From Chiloscyllium plagiosum (lineage: Eukaryota): DNA of 39,281 nt. The translations under genes and the position numbers were made by a program. Positions 11,317-23,100 of the stretch are shown piece after piece. The notes beneath the pieces are model-generated. The model searched no databases. It was not told the origin of the DNA and saw nothing but the letters and a program-made list of their open reading frames with translations. Position 1 is the stretch's first letter. Each line of letters starts with the position of its first letter. Where the stretch lies: contig NC_057752.1 of assembly GCF_004010195.1 (NCBI RefSeq), positions 16,313,916 through 16,353,196 on the forward strand, read 5' to 3'.

Positions 11317-12000
11317 ATCTAACCCCGGCCATCCCTGGAAGGGTTTGATGGGGGACAGTGTAGAGGGAGCTTTACTCTGTATCTAACCCCGTACTGTCCC
11401 TGTCCTGGAAGGGTTTGATGGGGGGGTCAGTGTAGAGGGAGATTTACTCTGTATCTAACCCCGTGCTGTCCCTGTCCCTGGGAGTGTTTGATGGGGGACA
11501 GTGTAGAGAGAGCTTTACTCTGTATCTAACCCCGTGCTGTCCCTGTCCTGGGAGTGTTTGATGGGGGACAGTGTAGAGGGAGCTTTACTCTGATTCTAAC
11601 CCCGTGCTGTCCCTGTCCTGGGAGTGTTTGATGGGGGGACAGTGTAGAGAGAGCTTTACTCTGTATCTAACCCCGTGCTGTCCCTGGGAGTGTTTGATGA
11701 GGGACAGTCTTGAGGGAGCTTTACTCTGTATCTAACCCCGGCCATCCCTGTCCTGGAAGGGTTTGATGGGGGGACAGTGTAGAGGGAGCTTTACTCTGTA
11801 TCTAACCATGTGCTGTCCCTGTCCAGGGAGGGTTTGATGGAGGGATAGTGTTGAGGGAGCTTTACTCTATACCTAACACCGAGCTGTCCCTGTCCTGGGA
11901 GTGTTCGTTAGGGGGACAGTGTAGAGGGAGCTTTACTCTATACCTAACCCCGTGCTGTCCCTGTCCTGGGAGTGTTCGTTAGGGGGACAGTGTCGAGGGA
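11317..12000 (-). repeat. 70-bp minisatellite, about 10 copies, inverted relative to 9325-9900
   Basis: Unit gggagtgtttgatgggggacagtgtagagggagctttactctgtatctaaccccgtgctgtccctgtcct is the reverse complement of the 9325 unit. Confidence 0.95.
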
Positions 12001-12075
12001 TAGGCTGATGCTACCCCTCACCGATGAAGCTGAGCTGTGAAAGAGTACAGATGCCGATATTTGTGAGGAACTCAC

Positions 12076-12241
12076 CAAGTGGCTGGGCTCCTGGTGCTGG
12101 TGGCTGATTGGATTTAATCTCTGGCAGGGCCGGTCTCTTTGCGTCCATGAGGAAGTGGTTGAAAAAGGAGACCTCCTTTTTAACCTCTTCAATCTTCTCG
12201 CTGTGCTTGTTGAAGATGTGTTTCCGAACAAACTCTGGTCC
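12076..12241 (-). CDS. SRRT: SRRT/ARS2 exon (second half of the zinc finger)
   Basis: Acceptor tcacttcag, donor G|GTGAGT; 166 nt, phase 0 to 1; [55 protein letters not shown]. Confidence 0.95.
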
Positions 12242-12369
12242 CTGAAGTGAAACGCAGATGGTGAAACACTGCAGGATAATCAGACGGCAAAGACACAATC
12301 CAACAAACCAAAGGCTCAACGCTGAGGCATCAGCAACTACCCAGGTTCAACTTTAGCTTTTCCACACAG

Positions 12370-13175
12370 AAACACTGGAGGGCGGAGAAGGATGGGTTAG
12401 TAAATGTGTGGAAGATACTAAGCTGTGATAGTGCTGAAGGATGTTGGAGGTTACGGAGGGACATAGATCAGCTGCAGAGCTGGGCTGAGGGGTGGCAAAT
12501 GGAGTTTAATGCGGAAAAGTGTGAGGTGATTCACTTTGGAAGGAGTAACAGGAATGCAGATTACTGGGTGAATGGTAACATTCTTGGTCGTGTGGATGAA
12601 CAGAGAGATCTCGGTGAAAATGTACATAGATCCCTGAAAGTTGCCACCCCCAGGTTGATTGTTAAGAAGGCAGACAGTGTGTTAGCCATTACTGGGAGAG
12701 GGATTGAGTTTCAGAGCCACGAGGTCATGCTGCAGCTGGACAAAACTCTGGTGTGGCCGCAATATAAGGCCTTATGAGGAAAGGCTGAGGGAACTGGGGC
12801 TGTTTTCGTTAGAGAGAAGAAGGTTGAGAGATGATTTAGTGAGACATATCAGATAATCAGAGGGTTAGATAGGGTGGACAGGGAGAGCCTTTTTCCTGGG
12901 ATGGTGATGGCTAACACGAGGAGACATAACTTTAAATTGACGGTGATAGATATAGGACAGATGTCAGAGGTAGTTTCTTTACTCAGAGAGTAGTAGGGGT
13001 GTGGAATGCACTGGCTGTAACAGTAGGAGACTCACCAACTTTAAGGGCATTTACATGGTCATTGGATAAACATGGATGGGAATGGGATAGTGTAGGTTCG
13101 ATGGGCTTCAGATTGGTTCCACAGGTCGGCACAACATCGAGGGCCGAAGGGCCTGTACTGCGCTGGAATGTTCTA
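12370..13175 (+). mobile_element. 5'-truncated CR1/HER1 LINE with internal deletion
   Basis: ORF 12406..12777 WQMEFNAEKCEVIHFGRSN...QRDLG; tail gggccgaagggcctgtactgcgctg. Confidence 0.9.
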
Positions 13176-13662
13176 TAAGGGCCTGTACTGCCCTGGAATG
13201 TTGTATAAGGCCCTGTACTGCGCTGGAATGTTCTATAAGGGTCTATACTGCGCTGGAATGTTGTATAAGGCCCTGTACTGTGCTGGAATGTTCTATAAGG
13301 GTCTGTAATGTTCTATAAGGGCCTGTACTGCGCTGGAATGTTCTATAAGGGCCTGTACTGCGCTGGAATGTTCTATAAGGGTCTGTAATGTTCTATAAGG
13401 CCCTGTACTGCGCTGGAATGTTCTATAAGGGTCTGGAATGTTCTATAAGGCCCTGTACTGCGCTGGAATGTTCTATAAGGCCCTGTACTGCGCTGGAATG
13501 TTCTATAAGGCCCTGCACTGCGCTGGAATGTTCTATAAGGCCCTGTACTGCGCTGGAATGTTCTATAAGGCCCTGTACTGCGCTGGAATGTTCTATAAGG
13601 GCCTGTAATGTGCTGGAATGTTCTATAGGGCCCTGTACTGCGCTGGAATGTTCTCTGTTCTA
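13149..13662. repeat. 30-bp minisatellite derived from the CR1 3' terminus
   Basis: Unit GG(G/C)CCTGTACTGCGCTGGAATGTTCTATAA, roughly 17 full or partial copies, directly continuing the LINE tail. Confidence 0.92.
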
Positions 13663-13737
13663 TGGAGTGGGAAGCGGGGACTGCTGTTAAACTCAAATGG
13701 GTTTGTACGTGGTTTGAGAGGGTGGTGAGTTGCTCAC

Positions 13738-13931
13738 CTTGAACTTCTTGCCACTCAAAGGGCAGAGCCACTTGTCCTTGGCTAGCTCCTGCGTGTTGGC
13801 CAGGATAAACTTCTCCACCTCCTGCTCAGGATCCTTCTTCCCCATCTTTGCAGCATCCTCTTCGGAAAGGCACTCCCTCACACTGAACAACGGCGTCAGT
13901 TTCTCCTCAAACAGCTTCTGCCACTCCGCAA
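13738..13931 (-). CDS. SRRT: SRRT/ARS2 exon (first half of the zinc finger)
   Basis: Acceptor cctgtttag, donor AAG|GTGAGC; 194 nt, phase 1 to 0; [65 protein letters not shown]. Confidence 0.96.
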
Positions 13932-14089
13932 CTAAACAGGAGCACAGGCCACATTCCCATCACTGCACCTGAGCAGCGCGCGCACGCACACAGCAAAGCG
14001 TCACTGCATGAGTAACCCAGAGACCCACCTTCATGCTCGGGGCGGGGCGGGGGAGATACGGGTTCAAAGCTCACCCTGCTGTCTGGCGG

Positions 14090-14335
14090 AAGTTGAGGGG
14101 TTTTTTTTTCACAGAGAATGGTCCGTGCATTGAAACAAATTCCAGAGGAAGTGGTGGACGTGGGCGCAACTACAACGTTTAAAAGAACTTTGGCTAAGTC
14201 CACAATGAGGAAAGGTTTGGAGAGATACGGTTCAGGAGCAGGCAGGTGGGACTAGTTTAGTTTGGGATTAAGGTCAGCATGGACTGGTTGGGCCGAAGGG
14301 TCTGTTTCCCTGCTGTGTTGACTCTATGACTCTAT
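14090..14335 (+). mobile_element. CR1 LINE 3' end fragment
   Basis: tttcacagagaatggt...ggactggttgggccgaagggtctgtttcc...gactctatgactcta tail. Confidence 0.8.
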
Positions 14336-14642
14336 TTACTGTATGTCCCTGGTTGCCCTTGAGAAATTGGTGGTGAATTGCCCTCTCAAACTGCAATAAG
14401 TCAGAAGTAGACCCGAAATGCCGGTACCCACCTCCCTAGAGCACTAATCAGGGTCTGCAGGTCACGAGCCTGGGGCATTACCACAGTGCTAATAAAATAC
14501 AGAACAGTATAGCACAGGAACAGGCCCTTCAGCCCACAAAGTCTATGCCGACCATGACGCTATTCCAATTGAATCCCATCTGCCTGCACTTGATCTGTAT
14601 CCCTGTATTTTCTACCTGTCTCTGTCTAGATGCTCTTAAATT

Positions 14643-14970
14643 CGGCACAGTGGCTCAGTGGTTAGGGCAGCCTCACAGCACCAGGACCCGGGTTCGATTC
14701 TCATCTACGGTCAACTGTCCATGTGGAGTCTGCACATTCTCCTCGTATCTGCGTGGGTTTCCTCCGGGTGCTCCGGTTTCCTCCCACAGTCCAAAGACAT
14801 GCAGGTTAGGATGAATTGACCATGGGAAATTGTCCCATAGTGTTAGCTGCATTAGTCAGGGGTAAATATAGGGTTGGGGAATGGGTCTGGGTGAGTTACT
14901 CTTTGGAGGATCAGTGCGGACTTGTTGGGCCAAAGGGCCTTTTTCCATACTGTAGGGAATCTAATCTAAT
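14643..14970 (+). mobile_element. HE1-type SINE, apparently inside an antisense CR1 3' fragment (about 14495-15190)
   Basis: ggcacagtggctcagtggttag A box, gggttcgattc B box, tail aatctaatctaatct. Confidence 0.85.
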
Positions 14971-15209
14971 CTCAACGTTGCTCAAATTTCTGCACTTCCA
15001 CCACCTCCCCTGGTAGCACACCTGCCACACTCTCTGTGTCAAAAACGTCTCTTGCACATCTCCTCTCCAACTTCCCTCCTCTCATCTGAAACCGACGCCC
15101 GTTAACATTTGGCCTTTCCCCCGGGGAAGAGAGTCCGACACAATTTGACATACTGTGACCACATCGCCTCCTCAGCCTCCAGACACTCTACAACCCAGAG
15201 ATGTCCTCA

Positions 15210-15503
15210 CGATTCGAGGGACAGTTTCTAGGACAGGCACAGCCTCAAGATTACAGGGAGCAGATTTAGGACCGAACTGAGAAGGAACCTCTTCACCCAG
15301 AGGGTTGTGAATCTGTAGTTGATGCCACTTCAGTAAACATTTTTAAAGCTAAGATGGCTTTTTTTGAACAGTAATGGGATGCAGGTTATGGTGAGAGGGC
15401 GGGTAAGTGGAGCTGAGGCCATGGAAACATCAGCCACAGTTTTAATGAACGGTGGAGCAGGCTTGAAGGATTGGACGGCCTACTCGTGCTCCTGGTTCTG
15501 ATG
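15210..15503 (+). mobile_element. CR1 LINE 3' end fragment
   Basis: cttcacccagagggttgtgaatct...ggtggagcaggcttgaagg...ggcctactc tail. Confidence 0.75.
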
Positions 15504-15777
15504 TGCTGCCTGCTACCCTCCTGCTACTCTCCCACTCTCCCACTCACTGTCCCATGGGAGGCTGGCCATGGGTCTGTGGATGTGGTGGGTGCCACCAGAA
15601 TTACTCACCCCCTCGTGATCTCAATGATCTGACAGCTACCCTTGAAGGGACATGGGCAGGGGGACTGATTCACGCTCCCTCCTCACTCCAACCCCTCCAT
15701 TTCTCTCCCGTCCTCCCCGCCCATCTCCAGCAGCAGCCTCCCAATGCCCAGCACGTTGCTCAGGAATGTGCTTTCAC

Positions 15778-15931
15778 CTTCGTGCTGCGAAACCCTGTTG
15801 GGGGGCAGCGGTCCCCGAACGTGTACGATCCCGCACCGGTTCGGCATCTCATCCTCATTGGGATACTCGCAAGTGTTGTAGTAGTCGATGGAGTGGACAA
15901 TGCGAAGGTAAAGCAGGAGTTTGTCCAGTAC
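15778..15931 (-). CDS. SRRT: SRRT/ARS2 internal exon (most 5' exon visible)
   Basis: Acceptor gttgctcag, donor G|GTGAAA; 154 nt, phase 0 to 1; [51 protein letters not shown], nearly identical to human ARS2. Confidence 0.96.
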
Positions 15932-15986
15932 CTGAGCAACAACACCGTCTCAGTTAGAGATTCTCACAGACAGACACAGACACAGA

Positions 15987-16486
15987 NNNNNNNNNNNNNN
16001 NNNNNNNNNNNNNNNNNNNNNNNNNNNNNNNNNNNNNNNNNNNNNNNNNNNNNNNNNNNNNNNNNNNNNNNNNNNNNNNNNNNNNNNNNNNNNNNNNNNN
16101 NNNNNNNNNNNNNNNNNNNNNNNNNNNNNNNNNNNNNNNNNNNNNNNNNNNNNNNNNNNNNNNNNNNNNNNNNNNNNNNNNNNNNNNNNNNNNNNNNNNN
16201 NNNNNNNNNNNNNNNNNNNNNNNNNNNNNNNNNNNNNNNNNNNNNNNNNNNNNNNNNNNNNNNNNNNNNNNNNNNNNNNNNNNNNNNNNNNNNNNNNNNN
16301 NNNNNNNNNNNNNNNNNNNNNNNNNNNNNNNNNNNNNNNNNNNNNNNNNNNNNNNNNNNNNNNNNNNNNNNNNNNNNNNNNNNNNNNNNNNNNNNNNNNN
16401 NNNNNNNNNNNNNNNNNNNNNNNNNNNNNNNNNNNNNNNNNNNNNNNNNNNNNNNNNNNNNNNNNNNNNNNNNNNNNNNNNNNNNN
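15987..16486. other. Assembly gap of exactly 500 N (probable placeholder scaffold join)
   Basis: Round-number N run. Confidence 0.95.
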
Positions 16487-16809
16487 CCACTTCATTAAGT
16501 ATTTCACGAGGTGTAAAGCTCGTTAAGAGCTTCTGAGGATGTGACAAGTGATATAGAAATGCAGTCAGCACTGCAGAATATTGACAGAATCGAAGAGGAG
16601 TTCTGAAACTGGTTTGATTCTCGCAGCCATTCAGTTTAATCACATCCTGCCCTCTGTCAGGGTGAAGCCGATCTCTTTATGATTTCAGTCAATCCTCTCC
16701 CCAGGGCATGGTCCCAGTGGCTGTAGGCAGGGAACGTGGTGCATGTTCAGAACATCATGCTCTCGGTACATGCTCTCCCTGCATCTGTCCTGTCTGACCC
16801 TGTTAGAGC

Positions 16810-17030
16810 TTTAGAAGTCTCTGTGAGATTCCCCGTCTTGTCTGAGCTCCAATGGGAACAATCCTAACCTGGTCAATCTCTCCTCATCCGTCAATCCCAC
16901 CGTCCCCGGGATCAGCCTGGGAAAACCTTCCCTGCACTCCCTCGAGAGTAACAACATCCTTCCTCGGAAAAGGAGACCAGGCTGCACACAGTATTCCAGG
17001 GGTGGTCTCCACTGTATCACTGCACCAACA
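16810..17030 (-). mobile_element. CR1 LINE fragment
   Basis: Minus-strand remnants RPPLEYCVQ, RKDVVTLEGVQGRF and EERLTRLGLFPLE. Confidence 0.8.
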
Positions 17031-17693
17031 CATCCCTGCTCCGGGACTCGAATACCAGGTGGCAAACTGGACAAAGGTCCAACGGGAGGAGGGTCCGGCC
17101 TGAAACCTTTCCAACACCACACTTCATCAACAATGGTCCCTCCAGCATCTACAGTCACCACTGCCTCCGCGTTGGACACAAATCACATGATTGTCTCACC
17201 CTGGAAAGTACACGCAGTGGATTTGAAGACACCAGCTTTCCTGCGGTTTGAGCGTAAGTTGGAATAGTTTCAGGATTCTGGTGAAGGGGTGGACTTGCTG
17301 CTTACCAAGGGGTCAGTCAGCCGGATTGGGGAATGGGTACAGTGTTATATGGTGGACCTGCCACATCCACTGCACTGGTCTCCACCCATGGACAACGTAA
17401 CAAAGGGACAAACATGGCGCCGCCTCACCATGTGACTGCTTCTTTCTGAACCTGGGGGTGCTGGTGTCAGGTTGATTGTCCAAGTTAATTGTTTAAAGAT
17501 ATTGCTCTCAGCTGAAGATGAAGACAATCACCACCTTTGTTTCGGAAGAAAGCCAATCAATTGTGGAATGCCTTCTGCAGGTCTCAGGATAAGTCTGGAA
17601 TGCATCCTATTATCCATCTGAGACAATGATGCTCCTTCTGAATTGACAGCACAAGCCATCTGACCTGTGGAAGCCATCTTTGCAATACTCTGA

Positions 17694-17944
17694 TCATTTA
17701 CAAAAAGAAAAGCCAATTTGAAAGATTCCATGTTGACTGAAGTTCATTTCTTGAAATTGAGGAATCTGATATGTCATTAATCGGTACAGGAGCTCCCGGG
17801 TGTAAGTTACTAACTCCTCAGAGTCACTCACCAGCTTACTGCCCTCAATGGGCATTCCACAGGCAAACAAGACAACTGCATTCACAACCTTAAACAGGAA
17901 TACATGTTCACAATTCAGAACTGAAACTGGAGTCCCTCTTATAT
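17694..17944 (-). CDS. Candidate exon 2 of the C2orf72/DUF4630-like gene
   Basis: Acceptor tttgcctgcag gives a phase-1 start matching the exon-1 donor; open frame DIRGTPVSVLNCEHVFLFK...FSFCK* in non-repetitive sequence. No homology recognised and the 3' end is uncertain. Confidence 0.4.
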
Positions 17945-18226
17945 CTGCAGGCAAACTCTTCATGCCCTATACACAACCTATTTCTCGTGATATCCCTTTC
18001 TCCCTCACTGTTAGGTCTGCCTGACCGCTCTCTCACTCTCTGTTGTCTTTCATTCTCTGTCAGCTCTTCATCATTAACAACTGTGTTAGCTCTCACTCTG
18101 TTAGCTCTCCCTCTCTCTGTCTGCTCTCTCTTTCTCTGTCAGCTCAATCTCTCTCTTTCTCTCTCTGTTATCTTTCATTCTCTGTCAGCTCATTGTCATT
18201 AACAACTGTGTTAGCTCTCTCTCTTT

Positions 18227-18487
18227 GTTAACAATCCCACAACACCAGGTTATGGCCTAACAGATTACAGTGTCATGCTGCAGTCTTGGTTTGTTCAATA
18301 TATCATTTCAGTTGCATGACAGTGTTGCTATAAATGCTGTGTCCTCTGATCCTGCTTCACATCTACCTGATGAAGGAGCAGTGCTCCGAGAGCTAGTGCT
18401 TCCAAATGAACCTGTTGGGACTATAACCTGGTGTTGTGTGATTTTTACTTAGTCCGTCCTAGTCCAACACCGGCTCCTCCACATCAT
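18227..18487 (+). mobile_element. Penelope-like element end with inverted 5' piece and decayed hammerhead
   Basis: cctgatgaaggagcagtgctccgagagcta at about 18366; ataacctggtgttgtg at about 18423 is the reverse complement of cacaacaccaggttat at about 18238. Confidence 0.6.
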
Positions 18488-18504
18488 CCCTCTGTTGGGT
18501 TTGT

Positions 18505-18644
18505 TTCTCGCTGTCTCTCTCTCTCTCTCTCTTTCTCTGCCTGCTCTCTCTCTGCCTCGCTCTCTCTCTCTCTCTCTCTCTGCCTCGCTCTCTCTCCCTC
18601 TCACACTCTCTCTCTCTCGCCCAGTCTCTCTCCCTCTCTGATTG

Positions 18645-18677
<33 letters not shown>

Positions 18678-18680
18678 TTC
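18505..18680. repeat. (CT)n-rich microsatellite; a second CT-rich tract lies at about 17990-18225
   Basis: Direct reading. Confidence 0.9.
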
Positions 18681-19061
18681 ACTGTCCCCCAAGATTCCAA
18701 GTCTAGCTGTTTCCTGGTGACTGTAATCTCTCAGTTATGGCACTGCCCTGTCAAATTCAGTCCTGGCTGAGGTAGCTGATCCACACCCCAGCATTGTAAC
18801 ATGATCAAGACAGGAGTAGGCCATTTGGCCCATCCAGACTGTTTTGCCATTCACCCGAATTCCACATTCCTGCCTTGTCCCAATATCCCCTAATTTCCAA
18901 AATATCCATCAACTTCTCTTGAACACAGTCAACACTGAGCCTCCAGCACCCACTGGGAGAGATAATTCCACAGGGATTCCCTGCCCTGAGTGAAACCTTG
19001 GTGGGAAGTACCCTGTTGCGTTACCCTTACCTTTAGCTCAGGGGCAAGGACACAGTCTCAC

Positions 19062-19815
19062 CTGTATCACTGGAGGTCAGCAACTCACAAATCAGCCTCT
19101 TGGTGTTCAGGATGGAGGAAGGTCTGGATTTGATGTAGGCGCTGACACAGGCTGGTGCTCTGGTGTGTGGAATACGGAAAATCTCAGCCATAGAGTGTGC
19201 CAGCAGTGTTAGGCATTCAGAGATCTCTGTGTCGTCGCTCTGACAGTAAATCAGCCCCAGCACCGTGGGGGCAAAGAGCTGGCACCGCTGTCTCACATCT
19301 TTCAGGATCTCTCTGACCGTCGCCCTGCCCTCCTGCTGTTTCAGCCATTCCTCACGAAAGACGAAAAGGATGAGTTTGGCAGTGATGGATCGCGATCTTG
19401 CCGGGCAGATGGAGTAACCTGGAGCTGTAGACCCCTCGCGAGTGGCTCCCTCGCTGAGCTCCCTGTGGGAGCCCAGGCTCCTTTGGAACAGATCCTGAGC
19501 CAGCTCCCGGCACAGTCTCCCTCTCTCGCACTGGTTGCCACTGGTGTAGATGTCTCCCACCACCAGCACTGCCTCCCTGCCTCCCAGGTGGTGGATCAGA
19601 TGCTGAAAGGTCTTCTCCATGTCCTCCTGGCATTGGCTGTCCATTGCTGTGGGGGCTGAAGCCTCTGGTAGCCACATCAGACTGGGAGCACAAGAGCTGC
19701 CTCTGGAAACGGAGCATTCAGTCAGGAGGTCAGCCTCGGAGATAGTCATAGCCCCGATGGAAAACAGATCAGATACGCGATGGAACAGGCCCATCTCATT
19801 CCCCTCCGCTGCCAT
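19062..19815 (-). CDS. C2orf72-like (DUF4630 family) protein, coding exon 1
   Basis: 251 codons plus 1 nt to donor ACAG|GTGAGA. Blocks FQHLIHHLGGREAVLVVGDI, LCRELAQDLF, RSITAKLILFVFR, VREILKDVRQR and VSAY..RPSSIL parallel human C2orf72 [54 protein letters not shown] and VQAAAY..LPASCL. Confidence 0.75.
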
Positions 19816-20124
19816 TCACTTTGCTTGTTTGTTTATTCAGACTCCCAGTCTTCGATTGTTCAAACTGCCCATTGCTTTGGTGCTGTTCAGAAATTAATAG
19901 CTAATCCCTGATGTACTCGGTCTAATCTGTGTCCCCTGATTTCTGTTAATCATTCACCACCTCCAATCGTCCCCACATCACCCTTCGCTCTTTATGAATG
20001 TCTCCACACGATTTACTGCTCCCTGCAAATCAGGGCGGGTTAACCCAAGCAATTCCTCCAAATATCCCCCACCTCACACTCCCCAAACATGCTGCACCCC
20101 TCCCCCCAAACATCCCGCACCCCT

Positions 20125-23100
20125 CAGGGGCTGACTCTCACTGGGATACAGTTCCTGAAGGGGCTGACTCTCACTGGGATACAGTTCCTGAAGGGGCTGA
20201 CTCTCACTGGGATACAGTTCCTGAAGGGGCTGACTCTCACTGGGATACAGTTCCTGAAGGGGCTGACTCTCACTGGGATACAGTTCCTGAAGGGGCTGAC
20301 TCTCACTGGGATACAGTTCCTGAAGGGGCTGACTCTCACTGGGATACAGTTCCTGAAGGGGCTGACTCTCACTGGGATACAGTTCCTGAAGGGGCTGACT
20401 CTCACTGGGATACAGTTCCTGAAGGGGCTGACTCTCACTGGGATACAGTTCCTGAAGGTGCTGACTCTCACTGGGATACAGTTCCTGAAGGGGCTGACTC
20501 TCACTGGGATACAGTTCCTGAAGGGGCTGACTCTCACTGGGATACAGTTCCTGAAGGGGCTGACTCTCACTGGGATACAGTTCCTGAAGGGGCTGACTCT
20601 CACTGGGATACAGTTCCTGAAGGGGCTGACTCTCACTGGGATACAGTTCCTGAAGGGGCTGACTCTCACTGGGATACAGTTCCTGAAGGGGCTGACTCTC
20701 ACTGGGATACAGTTCCTGAAGGGGCTGACTCTCACTGGGATACAGTTCCTGAAGGGGCTGACTCTCACTGGGATACAGTTCCTGAAGGGGCTGACTCTCA
20801 CTGGGATACAGTTCCTGAAGGGGCTGACTCTCACTGGGATACAGTTCCTGAAGGGGCTGACTCTCACTGGGATACAGTTCCTGAAGGGGCTGACTCTCAC
20901 TGGGATACAGTTCCTGAAGGGGCTGACTCTCACTGGGATACAGTTCCTGAAGGGGCTGACTCTCACTGGGATACAGTTCCTGAAGGGGCTGACTCTCACT
21001 GGGATACAGTTCCTGAAGGGGCTGACTCTCACTGGGATACAGTTCCTGAAGGGGCTGACTCTCACTGGGATACAGTTCCTGAAGGTGCTGACTCTCACTG
21101 GGATACAGTTCCTGAAGGGGCTGACTCTCACTGGGATACAGTTCCTGAAGGGGCTGACTCTCACTGGGATACAGTTCCTGAAGGGGCTGACTCTCACTGG
21201 GATACAGTTCCTGAAGGGGCTGACTCTCACTGGGATACAGTTCCTGAAGGGGCTGACTCTCACTGGGATACAGTTCCTGAAGGGGCTGACTCTCACTGGG
21301 ATACAGTTCCTGAAGGGGCTGACTCTCACTGGGATACAGTTCCTGAAGGGGCTGACTCTCACTGGGATACAGTTCCTGAAGGGGCTGACTCTCACTGGGA
21401 TACAGTTCCTGAAGGGGCTGACTCTCACTGGGATACAGTTCCTGAAGGGGCTGACTCTCACTGGGATACAGTTCCTGAAGGGGCTGACTCTCACTGGGAT
21501 ACAGTTCCTGAAGGGGCTGACTCTCACTGGGATACAGTTCCTGAAGGGGCTGACTCTCACTGGGATACAGTTCCTGAAGGGGCTGACTCTCACTGGGATA
21601 CAGTTCCTGAAGGGGCTGACTCTCACTGGGATACAGTTCCTGAAGGGGCTGACTCTCACTGGGATACAGTTCCTGAAGGGGCTGACTCTCACTGGGATAC
21701 AGTTCCTGAAGGTGCTGACTCTCACTGGGATACAGTTCCTGAAGGGGCTGACTCTCACTGGGATACAGTTCCTGAAGGGGCTGACTCTCACTGGGATACA
21801 GTTCCTGAAGGGGCTGACTCTCACTGGGATACAGTTCCTGAAGGGGCTGACTCTCACTGGGATACAGTTCCTGAAGGGGCTGACTCTCACTGGGATACAG
21901 TTCCTGAAGGGGCTGACTCTCACTGGGATACAGTTCCTGAAGGGGCTGACTCTCACTGGGATACAGTTCCTGAAGGGGCTGACTCTCACTGGGATACAGT
22001 TCCTGAAGGGGCTGACTCTCACTGGGATACAGTTCCTGAAGGGGCTGACTCTCACTGGGATACAGTTCCTGAAGGGGCTGACTCTCACTGGGATACAGTT
22101 CCTGAAGGGGCTGACTCTCACTGGGATACAGTTCCTGAAGGGGCTGACTCTCACTGGGATACAGTTCCTGAAGGGGCTGACTCTCACTGGGATACAGTTC
22201 CTGAAGGGGCTGACTCTCACTGGGATACAGTTCCTGAAGGGGCTGACTCTCACTGGGATACAGTTCCTGAAGGGGCTGACTCTCACTGGGATACAGTTCC
22301 TGAAGGGGCTGACTCTCACTGGGATACAGTTCCTGAAGGTGCTGACTCTCACTGGGATACAGTTCCTGAAGGGGCTGACTCTCACTGGGATACAGTTCCT
22401 GAAGGGGCTGACTCTCACTGGGATACAGTTCCTGAAGGGGCTGACTCTCACTGGGATACAGTTCCTGAAGGGGCTGACTCTCACTGGGATACAGTTCCTG
22501 AAGGGGCTGACTCTCACTGGGATACAGTTCCTGAAGGGGCTGACTCTCACTGGGATACAGTTCCTGAAGGGGCTGACTCTCACTGGGATACAGTTCCTGA
22601 AGGGGCTGACTCTCACTGGGATACAGTTCCTGAAGGGGCTGACTCTCACTGGGATACAGTTCCTGAAGGGGCTGACTCTCACTGGGATACAGTTCCTGAA
22701 GGGGCTGACTCTCACTGGGATACAGTTCCTGAAGGGGCTGACTCTCACTGGGATACAGTTCCTGAAGGGGCTGACTCTCACTGGGATACAGTTCCTGAAG
22801 GGGCTGACTCTCACTGGGATACAGTTCCTGAAGGGGCTGACTCTCACTGGGATACAGTTCCTGAAGGGGCTGACTCTCACTGGGATACAGTTCCTGAAGG
22901 GGCTGACTCTCACTGGGATACAGTTCCTGAAGGGGCTGACTCTCACTGGGATACAGTTCCTGAAGGTGCTGACTCTCACTGGGATACAGTTCCTGAAGGG
23001 GCTGACTCTCACTGGGATACAGTTCCTGAAGGGGCTGACTCTCACTGGGATACAGTTCCTGAAGGGGCTGACTCTCACTGGGATACAGTTCCTGAAGGGG

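Noticed and set aside
1..15000. UFSP1 (SRRT neighbour in human) or intronic snoRNAs
   Set aside because: No UFSP1-like translation seen and no convincing paired C/D or H/ACA boxes; an Rfam scan would be needed to exclude snoRNAs.
4144..16643. ORFs spanning N runs (4144..4821, 15503..16498, 15950..16507, 15954..16643)
   Set aside because: Artefacts of translating through gaps.
15931..19062. Fusion transcript splicing the C2orf72-like exon into the SRRT 3' exons
   Set aside because: The donor is phase 1 and the SRRT acceptor at 15931 is phase 0, and an unsized gap intervenes.
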